Of a stretch of 64,000 nucleotides of DNA, positions 9,659-18,368 are shown piece by piece. A program made the translations under genes and the position numbers. Numbering within the stretch: position 1 is the first letter of the stretch; each line of letters begins with the position of its first letter. The notes beneath the pieces were generated by a model. The model saw nothing but the letters and a program-made list of their open reading frames with translations, did not search any database and had not been told where the DNA came from. This DNA is from Vicinamibacterales bacterium. GTDB lineage: Bacteria; Acidobacteriota; Vicinamibacteria; Vicinamibacterales; UBA8438. The DNA is taken from positions 1,663,247-1,727,246 of the forward strand of contig OY761475.2 in assembly GCA_963664545.2 (NCBI GenBank). Direction: 5' to 3'.

Positions 9659-9761
9659 GTCATAATGCGGGCGGACGCGGCAGGGCGGTGCCGCGTCCGC
9701 CCGGGACACATGCGCCGGCCGCCTCCCCGTCATAATGCGGGCGGACACGGCAGAGCGGTGC
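9659..9761. repeat. two 33-nt direct repeats (9659-9691 and 9729-9761)
   Basis: 'gtcataatgcgggcggacRcggcagRgcggtgc' occurs twice, 70 nt apart, in the intergenic region between the SelW-like gene and sorA. Confidence 0.8.
9669..9702 (+). terminator. strong GC hairpin downstream of the SelW-like gene
   Basis: Perfect 14-bp inverted repeat gggcggacgcggca / tgccgcgtccgccc with a 6-nt loop. There is no U-tract, so its role as a terminator is uncertain. Confidence 0.4.
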
Positions 9762-9829
9762 TACGCCGGTTGCCGTGGCGCCGCAGCATCGGCTTCGAAT
9801 CGACGGCGGACCAAGGGGGTGGCTCGGCC

Positions 9830-11062
9830 ATGGCGCACCGTGAACGATCGGCAGACTCCTCTCGACCGCGGCAAACGGGCCTGACCCGCCGGGAAGTGCT
9901 CGCCGGGACGGCCGGCGCGGTGGGGGCGGCGGCGGTCCCCGCGGCGGCGCAGCAGGCCATCGAGACCACCCGGCGGCCCGGGCCGCTGCCGAGCGAGCGC
10001 GGGCGGCGCTCGCCCTTCGTGGACCCGCGGCGCGACCCCAGTTCGACGTCGTCGCGCACGCCGCTGCAGGACCTGCGGGGCACCATCACCCCGGCCGACC
10101 TGCACTTCGAGCGGCACCACGGCGGGGTGCCCACGGTCGACCCCGACCGCTACGAGCTGCTCGTGCACGGGCTCGTCGACCGCCCGACCATCTTCACGCT
10201 GGACGACCTGAAGCGCTTCCCCGCCACGTCGCGCATCTGCTTCCTCGAGTGCTCGGGCAACCTCCGCCGGGGCGGGCCGGAGACTCTTCCCCAGATGGTG
10301 TGCGGCCTCACGAGCCAGACCGAGTGGACCGGGGTGCTGCTGTCGACGGTGCTGCGCGAGGTCGGCGCGCAGGCCGCCGCCACGTGGTTCCTCGCCGAGG
10401 GGCAGGACGCGGCGGTGATGACCCGCAGCGTCCCCATGGAGAAGGCGTTCGACGACGCCATGCTCGTCTACGCGCAGAACGGCGACGCCCTCATGCCCGG
10501 CAACGGCTATCCCGTGCGGCTGCTGCTGCCGGGGTGGGAGGGCAACGCCAGCGTCAAGTGGCTGCGCCGCATCGAGCTCGCCGACGGCCCGTTCATGACC
10601 CGCGAGGAGACGTCGAAGTACACCGACCCCCTCGGCGACGGCAGCCGCTCGCGCCAGTTCAGCTTCGTCATGGACGCGCGGTCCATCATCACCGACCCCG
10701 CCTTCCCGCGCGTCATCGAGCCCGGCTGGCACGAGATCCGCGGGCTCGCCTGGAGCGGGCGCGGCCGCATCGCCCGCGTCGACGTCAGCACCGACGGCGG
10801 CGCGACGTGGCGGGAGGCGGAGCTGCAGGCGCCGGTGCTGCCGAAGGCGCACGTGCGGTTCCGCGCGCCGTGGCGCTGGGAGGGCGGCGCGGCCGAGATC
10901 ATGAGCCGGGCGACCGACGAGACCGGCTACGTCCAGCCGACCTGGGAGGCGCTGGTGGCCGCACGCGGAATCGGGACCCGGTATCACTGGAACCCCATCA
11001 CGTCCTGGACCGTGGACGCCGACGGGCGGGTTCTGTTCGGGGCGGAGAGGCTGCGGTCATGA
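9830..11062 (+). CDS. sorA: sulfite dehydrogenase/sulfite-oxidase-family molybdopterin subunit
   Basis: ATG 9830. TAT signal 'LTRREVLAGTAG'. Mo-ligand Cys motif 'CFLECSGNLRR'. C-terminal dimerisation-domain-like region. Confidence 0.85.
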   Translation: MAHRERSADSSRPRQTGLTRREVLAGTAGAVGAAAVPAAAQQAIETTRRPGPLPSERGRRSPFVDPRRDPSSTSSRTPLQDLRGTITPADLHFERHHGGVPTVDPDRYELLVHGLVDRPTIFTLDDLKRFPATSRICFLECSGNLRRGGPETLPQMVCGLTSQTEWTGVLLSTVLREVGAQAAATWFLAEGQDAAVMTRSVPMEKAFDDAMLVYAQNGDALMPGNGYPVRLLLPGWEGNASVKWLRRIELADGPFMTREETSKYTDPLGDGSRSRQFSFVMDARSIITDPAFPRVIEPGWHEIRGLAWSGRGRIARVDVSTDGGATWREAELQAPVLPKAHVRFRAPWRWEGGAAEIMSRATDETGYVQPTWEALVAARGIGTRYHWNPITSWTVDADGRVLFGAERLRS

Positions 11063-11715
11063 CGCGGACGACAATGTCGTGCGGGCCCGGCGGCCCGGCA
11101 CCTGGAGGCGCGGACCGAACCGCGGGCGGCGCCCGGGCGGGACGCACCGGCAGCACGCGGCGGCGACGCATGCGCTGGCTACTGGGACCGGCGCTCCTGC
11201 TGGTAGGCATCCCGGGGGCGACGGCGGGGCAGGCGCCCGAAGAGACCGCGGCGGGCCCGCTGGGGCTGGGGCGCGCCGCGACGGCGGAAGAGATCGCCGC
11301 CCTCGACATCGACATCCGGCCCGACGGCGCCGGTCTGCCCCTCGGCGGCGGCACCGTCGCCGACGGCGCGCCCGTCTGGGACCGCGCGTGCCGCGCATGT
11401 CATGGACCGGAAGGCGAAGGCGGCATCGCCGCCCCCGTCGTCGGCCGCGACCCGGCCGCGCGCCCGCCCACCGTCGGCAACTACTGGCCCTACGCCACGA
11501 CCCTGTACGACTACATCTACCGCGCGATGCCGGGCAACGCCCCCGGGACGCTGACCCCGGACGAGGTGTACGGGCTCGTCGCCTGGATCCTGAACAGGAA
11601 CGACATCATCGACGACGAGGCGGTGATGAACGCCGCCACCCTGCCCGACGTCGTCATGCCCGCGCGAGACCGGTTCGTCCCGGACGATCGCCTCGGGAGC
11701 GACGCGGTTCGCTGA
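11059..11715 (+). CDS. sorB: monoheme cytochrome c subunit of sulfite dehydrogenase
   Basis: ATG 11059 overlaps the sorA stop (ATGA). Single 'CRACHG' heme motif. ATG 11170 (MRWLLG signal peptide) is an alternative start. Confidence 0.75.
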   Translation: MTRTTMSCGPGGPAPGGADRTAGGARAGRTGSTRRRRMRWLLGPALLLVGIPGATAGQAPEETAAGPLGLGRAATAEEIAALDIDIRPDGAGLPLGGGTVADGAPVWDRACRACHGPEGEGGIAAPVVGRDPAARPPTVGNYWPYATTLYDYIYRAMPGNAPGTLTPDEVYGLVAWILNRNDIIDDEAVMNAATLPDVVMPARDRFVPDDRLGSDAVR

Positions 11716-11878
11716 ACCTGCCAAGAGAGCCCGCGGGTGAGGCTTCGGGTCTGCACCGAAAGCGGGAGCGCACCACCTGGACCCGCGTCGAGCGGACGCG
11801 AAACGCGCAATCACGCCGGGTGCATCGCGGTGCGAACGCCGCAGGAACTTCGTCACGGGCCGAGGGCCCGCCACCTCG

Positions 11879-12817
11879 ATGCCGAGTCAGGCACCCCGCG
11901 CGATGCCACCCGAGGTGGCGAGTCGACACCGGGCGCTCCCGCGAACCACCGCGGTCCTGATCGCCCTGTCGCTGGCGGGCGCTCCATGGTCGCCGCCGGA
12001 GGCGGTGCCGCAGCCAGTCGACGCGGCGACGCGGCCGCCCCAGACACCCGTGCAGCCGGCGTCCGAGCCCGAGATCGGCCAGGAGGGCAAGAACGTCCCC
12101 TGGGTGCCGACGCCCGACGTGCTCGTCGACGAGATGCTGGAGATGGCGGAGGTCACCGCGGACGACCTCGTCGTCGACCTCGGCTCGGGCGACGGCCGCC
12201 TCGTCATCGCGGCGGCCCGACTCGGCGCGCGGGCCGTGGGGGTCGAGCTCGAGCCGAACCTCGTGGCCCTGTCGGAGCGCCGCGCGGCCGAGGCGGGCGT
12301 GTCCGACCGGACCGAGTTCGTCGCCGCCGACCTGTTCGACTTCGACCTCTCCCCGGCCACCGTGGTCGCGATGTTCCTGCTGCCGGACATCAACTACCGG
12401 CTGCGGCCCGCCCTCTTCGACCTGCGCCCGGGCACCCGCATCGTCTCGAACACCTGGGATCTGCGTGGGTCCGAGACCGACCCCGACGCCCCCGGCTGGA
12501 CCCCCGACGCCACCGTGGTGCTCGACCCGTGCCCCACGTGGTGCACGTCTCTGCTGTGGATCGTCCCCGCGAAGGTCGGTGGAAACTGGCGGATGGACGT
12601 CGGAGAACTGGTGATCGAGCAGCGCTTCCAGGAGGTGTCCGGCGAGCTCCAGACCGCGGGCGGGACCGTCCCGCTCACCACCGGCCGGCTGCGCGGCGAG
12701 GAAATCAGCTTCGAAGCCGGCGGCATCTCCTACACGGGCCGGGTCGCCGGGTCGACCATGAGCGGCACGGCGCGGACGCCGGCCGGGGTCACCGAGTGGC
12801 GCGCCGTCCGGCGCTGA
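11879..12817 (+). CDS. class I SAM-dependent methyltransferase
   Basis: Motif I 'VVDLGSGDGRLVIAAA', then 'AVGVELEP' and 'FVAADLFDFD'. Hydrophobic N-terminal segment. Confidence 0.75.
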   Translation: MPSQAPRAMPPEVASRHRALPRTTAVLIALSLAGAPWSPPEAVPQPVDAATRPPQTPVQPASEPEIGQEGKNVPWVPTPDVLVDEMLEMAEVTADDLVVDLGSGDGRLVIAAARLGARAVGVELEPNLVALSERRAAEAGVSDRTEFVAADLFDFDLSPATVVAMFLLPDINYRLRPALFDLRPGTRIVSNTWDLRGSETDPDAPGWTPDATVVLDPCPTWCTSLLWIVPAKVGGNWRMDVGELVIEQRFQEVSGELQTAGGTVPLTTGRLRGEEISFEAGGISYTGRVAGSTMSGTARTPAGVTEWRAVRR

Positions 12818-13028
12818 GTCCCACCGCGCACGCCGACGCCGCCCGGCCGCGCGGCGCCGTGCTTCTCGTCGCCCCCGTGTGAGCCGGATCAACATCCCCT
12901 TGCAGTCTGCTCGCACGCGAGGGCGGGCGAGGTCGGTACTGTCGCCGAATATCGCCGAGCAGACCGACCAACCGCGCAAGACAACGGGTCGCGTCGGCCA
13001 ATGCGCTTCGTTCAGCTTGGCGAATCCG

Positions 13029-13907
13029 TCACCGTTCCTGCCTCGCCTTGACGACCAGATAGACCCCCAGGACGACCAGCCCCATCGGCCACCAGCTTGC
13101 CAGCCAGTAGAGCGGGAGCCCGAACAACGTGTTCGACAGCAGGAGGAGGCCGAACGCGATCAGCGCTACGCCGCCGCCTTCCGACACCCGGATTTTCGGC
13201 ATCGAGGCGTTCATGTCCGGCAGCTTGATGCCCTGCACGCCGTCGATGGCGAGGTTGTAGAGGGTGGCGCGTTGGACCGCATCGACGATGTTGTAGATGA
13301 CGAAGAACCCCAGGAAGATCGAGAGCGCCGGATAGAAGAGCCTGATCGGCGAGAACGGAGAGGCGAACTGATAGGGACCGGATGCCAGCAGGGCGATGGT
13401 CATCGCGAACACGGCGATATGGATGAAGCCGAGCGCGTAGTAGCCGACATAGATCTGCCCGATGCCGGGCATGAGCGACAACAGACCCGCGAGGAACGGC
13501 GACTTGCGCTGCAATCGGGGCATCGCGCCCTGCATGCCCGCGGGAACGGGCTGGCCGGCGGGGGGCGGATACGGCGCGGCGGACGCCGGCGGTGGCGGGG
13601 GCGGCGGCACATGGGCCTGTGCAGCCGGGGCCGCACCCGCCGGCGACTGCGCAGCCGGGGCTGAACCCAACGGCGACTGCCCGGCCGGTGCGGCACCTGA
13701 CGGCGCGCCCGCGGCCGGTGCGGCACCCGCCGACGCGCCGGGGGCCGGAGCCGCGGGAGCCGACGGAGAGGCGGGAGCCGCGGGGGCGGGGGTCGCGGCG
13801 GCCGGCGGGACCGCCGGGGACGGGGACGTGGCGGTCTCCGGCGATCGCGCGGCGGAAGGCGTCGAGGACGCAGCCGGGGCGTCCCCGTGCTCGGGGGAAC
13901 CGTTCAT
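13029..13907 (-). CDS. membrane protein with Pro/Ala-rich N-terminal region
   Basis: ATG 13907 overlaps the anti-sigma stop (ATGA). About 150 aa of P/A/S low complexity precede 4-5 hydrophobic helices ('LMPGIGQIYVGYYALGF'). Confidence 0.6.
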   Translation of the reverse strand: MNGSPEHGDAPAASSTPSAARSPETATSPSPAVPPAAATPAPAAPASPSAPAAPAPGASAGAAPAAGAPSGAAPAGQSPLGSAPAAQSPAGAAPAAQAHVPPPPPPPASAAPYPPPAGQPVPAGMQGAMPRLQRKSPFLAGLLSLMPGIGQIYVGYYALGFIHIAVFAMTIALLASGPYQFASPFSPIRLFYPALSIFLGFFVIYNIVDAVQRATLYNLAIDGVQGIKLPDMNASMPKIRVSEGGGVALIAFGLLLLSNTLFGLPLYWLASWWPMGLVVLGVYLVVKARQER

Positions 13908-14887
13908 GGTTTGCTCCTTTCGGCCGGACGCGATGCGTCGTCGGTGGCCGTGGTGGAAAATGACGGGGATAGCAGCTCGGCGAGCATGGCGCCCGCGTCC
14001 CGGCTCAGCGAACGCAGCGCGTCCACGCCGCCGAACACGTCGCGGTCTTCCAGCGCCTGGGCGAGGTCACGCCAGTGCCGGCCCAGGTCGGGCGCCGCCG
14101 CCGCGACCCGGCGGTACCAGGGAGCGGCGAACCGCTCCGCGGCACCGCTCACGTCGTGGGCGACGCGCACGGTCCGCTCGCTCACCGCGGCGATCGCCCG
14201 GTTGACGGACGCGACGGAATCGGCGCCCGCGTCGCGCGCGACGGACACGCCCTGCTCGATCAGGATCCGCGCCTCGACCGCGGTGGTCCGTAGCGGCGAC
14301 CACGACGCGCCGAAGACCAGCCAGAACAGGAGGGCCGCGACGTAGCCGGCCTCCCAGGCGATGCGGGGCCTCGTCAAGAGCCGCCGGGCGGCGTCGCGCC
14401 ATCGGCGCGGGCGGGCCGGACGCGGGAACGAGTACCATCCGGCCGCCGCGGGCCGGCTCGCCGCCCGCCCGTGCGTGCGCGCGAGCACCGCGTCGACGAG
14501 CTCGAACGGCGGCGGCATCTCCGCAAACGCCGGCAGCTCGGCACCCAGCCGCGCGGCGGCGTCGGCCAGGGTCGCGCAGTCGGCGCAGTGATCCAGGTGC
14601 GCCTCGACGAGCCGGCGTTCGACGGGGCCGAGCGCGCCGTCGAGAAGGTCGCCCAGGCTTGCGCGCGCCCGCTCGCAGGGCCGCCCGCTCGTGCGCGACA
14701 GGATGGCGTCGGCGAGATCGCCGGGGGCCTCGGCCGGCCGGCGTCCGGATGCCTCGCTCAGCAGCGCGTAGACTTCCCCGCACCGGGGACAGTCGGCGGC
14801 GTGCGCCGCCGCCCGCGCTTGCTGGTCCGCGGCAAGATCGCCGGCGAGCAGCTCGTCGAGGCGCTCGTCGAACCAAGAGCAGCTCAT
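13904..14887 (-). CDS. anti-sigma factor with two zf-HC2 motifs
   Basis: ATG 14887 overlaps the sigma stop (ATGA). H-x3-C-x2-C occurs twice ('HAADCPRC', 'HLDHCADC'). One TM helix, 'AGYVAALLFWLVFGASW'. Confidence 0.75.
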   Translation of the reverse strand: MSCSWFDERLDELLAGDLAADQQARAAAHAADCPRCGEVYALLSEASGRRPAEAPGDLADAILSRTSGRPCERARASLGDLLDGALGPVERRLVEAHLDHCADCATLADAAARLGAELPAFAEMPPPFELVDAVLARTHGRAASRPAAAGWYSFPRPARPRRWRDAARRLLTRPRIAWEAGYVAALLFWLVFGASWSPLRTTAVEARILIEQGVSVARDAGADSVASVNRAIAAVSERTVRVAHDVSGAAERFAAPWYRRVAAAAPDLGRHWRDLAQALEDRDVFGGVDALRSLSRDAGAMLAELLSPSFSTTATDDASRPAERSKP

Positions 14888-15477
14888 CGGCCACCTCCGG
14901 CGCGGGACGCCTCGCCGTAGGAGGGGTCGATCGCGACGACCTGCCGCGCCAGCTCCAGCCGCGCGCGGTGCGCGCGGGACTTCACCGTCCCGACCGGCAG
15001 CCCCAGCATGCCCGCGATCTCGCCGAGCTTCAGCCCCTGGATGTCCTTGAGCAGGATCACCTCGCGGTTCGCGCCGTCGAGGCGCTGGAGCGCCCGGTAG
15101 ACCAGCCGCCGGCGCGCGTCGGTCAGCCACGCCTGCTCGGGGTCCGGCGCGGCGTCCCGCGGCGCCGCGCCGGCGGCGGCGTCGGCCCGCAGGTCCTCCG
15201 CCGGGGGCCGGGCCTTGCGCCGACGAAGCTCGTCGATGCAGAGGTTGCGAGTGATGCGCAGCAGCCACGCCATGAAGCGGTCCCCCTCGAAGGAACCCAG
15301 TTGCCGGTAGGCGCGCACGAACGCCTCCTGCGCGACGTCGCGGGCATCCTCGACGCTGCCCAGGTAGTGATAGGCCAACCCGTAGACCCGCCCCTGGCTG
15401 CGCCGCACCAGCCATTCCCAAGCAAGGTCGTCGCCCTGCCGGCACCGCTCGACGAGCGTCGCCTCGTCAATGTCCAT
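14884..15477 (-). CDS. ECF-type RNA polymerase sigma-70 family factor
   Basis: ATG 15477. Region 2 'DVAQEAFVRAYRQL' and 'FMAWLLRITRNLCIDELRRR'. Region 4 'LKLGEIAGMLGLPVGTVKSRAHRAR'. Confidence 0.9.
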   Translation of the reverse strand: MDIDEATLVERCRQGDDLAWEWLVRRSQGRVYGLAYHYLGSVEDARDVAQEAFVRAYRQLGSFEGDRFMAWLLRITRNLCIDELRRRKARPPAEDLRADAAAGAAPRDAAPDPEQAWLTDARRRLVYRALQRLDGANREVILLKDIQGLKLGEIAGMLGLPVGTVKSRAHRARLELARQVVAIDPSYGEASRAGGGR

Positions 15478-15532
15478 CGACAATCCGCGTCTCCGGCCCG
15501 CCCGGCTCGGTCTGTTCCGGGCTCTGTGGAGA

Positions 15533-15560
15533 AGAACGCAGCCGGCCGGAAAAGGTTCGC
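15533..15560 (-). promoter_or_regulatory. candidate ECF-type autoregulated promoter
   Basis: The minus strand reads GCGAAC-N16-CGTTC about 55-80 nt upstream of the sigma start. This resembles the GGAAC-N16/17-CGT ECF consensus. Confidence 0.3.
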
Positions 15561-15642
15561 GGACCCGTGCGCGCGGGAAGGAGGAAGCGCGCAACGCCAG
15601 GACGCAGCCTGCACCGCCGCGCGGTCAAGGGATAACGTCCCG

Positions 15643-16026
15643 TCAGACGCGGGCGAGCTGAGGCAGGTGATCGAAGTGCTTGTCCCGGGCGTGCAGCACC
15701 AGATTGTGCTGCAGCACGAGGGCCGCCAGCCACATGTCATTCGTGGGAATCGGAGTACCCTGGCTTCGGAGCTGCAGGTACACGGCGGCGTAGTGGTGGG
15801 TCGTCTGGTCGTCCGCGTACAGGACACGCACGCCGTTCTTCAGGAGGAAACGCCGGAGAAGCCGCTCGTTCTCCGCGGCGCGCCGCCCATGGGCGAAACC
15901 GGCTCGAAGCTCGCCAAGCACGACGAACGGCAGCAGGACCTCTTCGCACGACTCGAGGACCGTCAAGGTCACCGCGACGCCCTTGCAGAGATCGACGTAG
16001 CGATTCGTGTCGAGCGCGACCCTCAT
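15643..16026 (-). CDS. vapC: PIN-domain toxin VapC
   Basis: 'MRVALDTNRYVDL' acidic PIN start and 'TNDMWLAALVLQHNLVLHARDKHF'. ATGA overlap with the upstream antitoxin. Confidence 0.8.
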   Translation of the reverse strand: MRVALDTNRYVDLCKGVAVTLTVLESCEEVLLPFVVLGELRAGFAHGRRAAENERLLRRFLLKNGVRVLYADDQTTHHYAAVYLQLRSQGTPIPTNDMWLAALVLQHNLVLHARDKHFDHLPQLARV

Positions 16027-16265
16027 CTCCAGAGATCCTCATCCGGCTCGTCCTGCGCGGCGAGCGCCGACTCGACGGCCTCGTCGGCCTCCCACGCGCC
16101 GGCCACGTCACCCAGATCCCGGCGCTTTCTCGGCGCTTCCGTGACTCCCGCGCCCGCCGCTAGCGCGTCGACGACGACCTCGTTGAGGCTCTTGCCGGCG
16201 GCCCGCGCACGCGCGCGTAGGGCGTCATCGACGACGGCGGGGATGTTGCGGATGGTGTACTGCAT
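16023..16265 (-). CDS. RHH/Arc-type antitoxin (FitA/VapB-like)
   Basis: ATG 16265. 'MQYTIRNIPAVVDDALRARARAAGKSLNEVV' ribbon-helix-helix start. The ORF upstream of this Met is not protein-like. Confidence 0.65.
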   Translation of the reverse strand: MQYTIRNIPAVVDDALRARARAAGKSLNEVVVDALAAGAGVTEAPRKRRDLGDVAGAWEADEAVESALAAQDEPDEDLWR

Positions 16266-16399
16266 GCGTCCAGTATAGGCAGTGCATACCGGTTTAGCAA
16301 GCAGCCAGTGGCGATCCCGGCTCTGACACGATAGCGATGAGCCTCTCCCGCAGCCGCAGAGAACCCGCCCGCAAGGGAGGGAGCCGCAGCCGGGCACCG

Positions 16400-18331
16400 T
16401 CAGGCCGGCCCGCGCCCGGAATCGACGAGGGCGGTGACCGCGGCCGCGATGTGGCGGGCCGAGATGCCGAAGCGGTCGAGCAGCTCGGTCGGCTTGCCGC
16501 TACGGGGCACGTCGCGCACCGCGAGGCGGTGGACGGCGATGCCGTGCGGGGCGACCGCGTCGCTCACGGCGTCGCCCAGGCCGCCGGCCGCGTAGTGGTC
16601 CTCGACAGTGACGAGGCGGCCGCCGGTGGCGCGGGCGGCTTCGACGAGGCCGTCGGCGTCGATGGGCTGCAGGCAGTAGGCGTCGATGACCCGGATACGC
16701 ACGCCGGCTTCTTCGGCCAGGGTGTCGCAGGCGGCGAGGGCCTCGAAGACGGTGACCCCCGCCGCGACCACCGTGCACGCGTCGGCGTCGCTCCCGCGCA
16801 GGGTCTTGGACCCGCCGATGGGGAACGCCTCGTCGGCCGCGTAGACGACCGGGGTCTTGGGGCGCGAGGTCCGGAGGTAGGTCATGCCGTCGTGCGCCGC
16901 CGCCGCCGCGACCAGCGCCGACGTGCTGACCGCGTCGCACGGATAGAGCACCACGCAGCCGGGCACCGCCCGCATCATCGCGAGGTCCTCGAGGGCCATC
17001 TGCGACGGCCCGTCCTCGCCGATCGACACCCCGGCGTGCGAGCCCGCGAGCTTCACGTTGACGTTGCCGATGCCCCCCATGCGGATGAAGTCGGCGGCGC
17101 GGGTGAGGAAGGCGGCGAACGTCGACGGGAAGGGGACCGCGCCGCGGCTCGCGAGGCCGAGGGCCGCGCCCACCATGACCTGCTCGGCGATGTGGGTCTG
17201 GTAGAAACGCTCCGGATGCCGCTGCTCGAACCGGTCGCTGAAGGTTGAGTTCTTGACGTCGGCGTCGAGCGCCACGACCCTCGGGTCAGCCGCCCCCAGC
17301 GCGGCCAGCGCCGCACCGTAGGCCTCGCGCGTCGCGACCTTGGCGCTGAGCTCGTACGCCGGCAGACTGAGCGCCGAAGGCGAGGGGGCCCGGCCGGCCC
17401 GCGCCGGCGGGGCCGGAATCGGCAGGGCGGGGACCGGCACCTCCGAGGCCGACGCCGGGACGCCCGGCCCGCCGAGCTGCCCTTCCAGCTCTTGCAGGGC
17501 GCGATCGAGGTCGTCCCCCTTGAACGGCTTGCCGTGCCAGCCGTCGCGCCCCTCGGCGAAGGAAACGCCCTTCCCCTTAAGGGTGCGCGCAAGAATCATC
17601 GTCGGCCGCCCGGCGGTGCGCGCAGCCTCGTCGAGCGCATCAAGCAGAGCCGCGAGGTCGTGCCCGTCCACCACCAGCGCGTGCCAGCCGAACGCCTGCC
17701 ACCGCCGCTCGTAGGCCTCGATGTCGTGCCCCCACTGCGTGGCCCGGCTCTGCCCGAGGGCGTTGACGTCGGTGATCGCGCACAGGTTGTCGAGCCCGAA
17801 CGCGGCGCCGGCCTGCGCCGCCTCCCACACCGAGCCCTCGGCCGACTCGCCGTCGCCGAGCAGCACGTAGGTGCGGTAGGCCGACCCGATGCGCCGCGCG
17901 TTCAGGGCGATGCCCACCGCCGCGCAGATGCCCTGCCCCAGCGACCCCGTCGCCACGTCGACGAACGGCAGCCGCGGGGTCGGGTGACCCTCCAGATCGG
18001 AACCGATCTCGCGCAGCGCCGCGAGCTCGCCGCGCCCGATCGCCCCCGCCTCGGCCCACGCCGCGTAGAGCACCGGCGCCGCGTGTCCCTTCGACAGCAC
18101 GAAGCGGTCGTTGTCTTCGTGGTCCGGGTCGCGCGGGTCGAACCGCATCTGGCCGAAGAACAGCGCCGCCATGATCTCGGCGGCGGAGCAGCAGCTCGTG
18201 GGATGGCCGCTCCCCGCCCGGCTCGTGGCCCGGACCGACTCGATGCGGAGCCGGGTCGCGACGTCGCGCAGCGCGGGAAGGGTGGAGCGATCGGTGGACA
18301 CGGTGCCTCCAGAAACGGGGGAGTGTACCAC
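16400..18331 (-). CDS. tkt: transketolase
   Basis: 643 aa. 'SGHPTSCCSAAEIMAALFF' and ThDP motif 'LLGDGESAEGSVWEA'. Pyrimidine-binding and C-terminal domains are present in one polypeptide. Confidence 0.9.
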   Translation of the reverse strand: MVHSPVSGGTVSTDRSTLPALRDVATRLRIESVRATSRAGSGHPTSCCSAAEIMAALFFGQMRFDPRDPDHEDNDRFVLSKGHAAPVLYAAWAEAGAIGRGELAALREIGSDLEGHPTPRLPFVDVATGSLGQGICAAVGIALNARRIGSAYRTYVLLGDGESAEGSVWEAAQAGAAFGLDNLCAITDVNALGQSRATQWGHDIEAYERRWQAFGWHALVVDGHDLAALLDALDEAARTAGRPTMILARTLKGKGVSFAEGRDGWHGKPFKGDDLDRALQELEGQLGGPGVPASASEVPVPALPIPAPPARAGRAPSPSALSLPAYELSAKVATREAYGAALAALGAADPRVVALDADVKNSTFSDRFEQRHPERFYQTHIAEQVMVGAALGLASRGAVPFPSTFAAFLTRAADFIRMGGIGNVNVKLAGSHAGVSIGEDGPSQMALEDLAMMRAVPGCVVLYPCDAVSTSALVAAAAAHDGMTYLRTSRPKTPVVYAADEAFPIGGSKTLRGSDADACTVVAAGVTVFEALAACDTLAEEAGVRIRVIDAYCLQPIDADGLVEAARATGGRLVTVEDHYAAGGLGDAVSDAVAPHGIAVHRLAVRDVPRSGKPTELLDRFGISARHIAAAVTALVDSGRGPA

Positions 18332-18368
18332 GGCGACGCCTCCAGCGCCGGCCGCGCGGGGCCGTACG

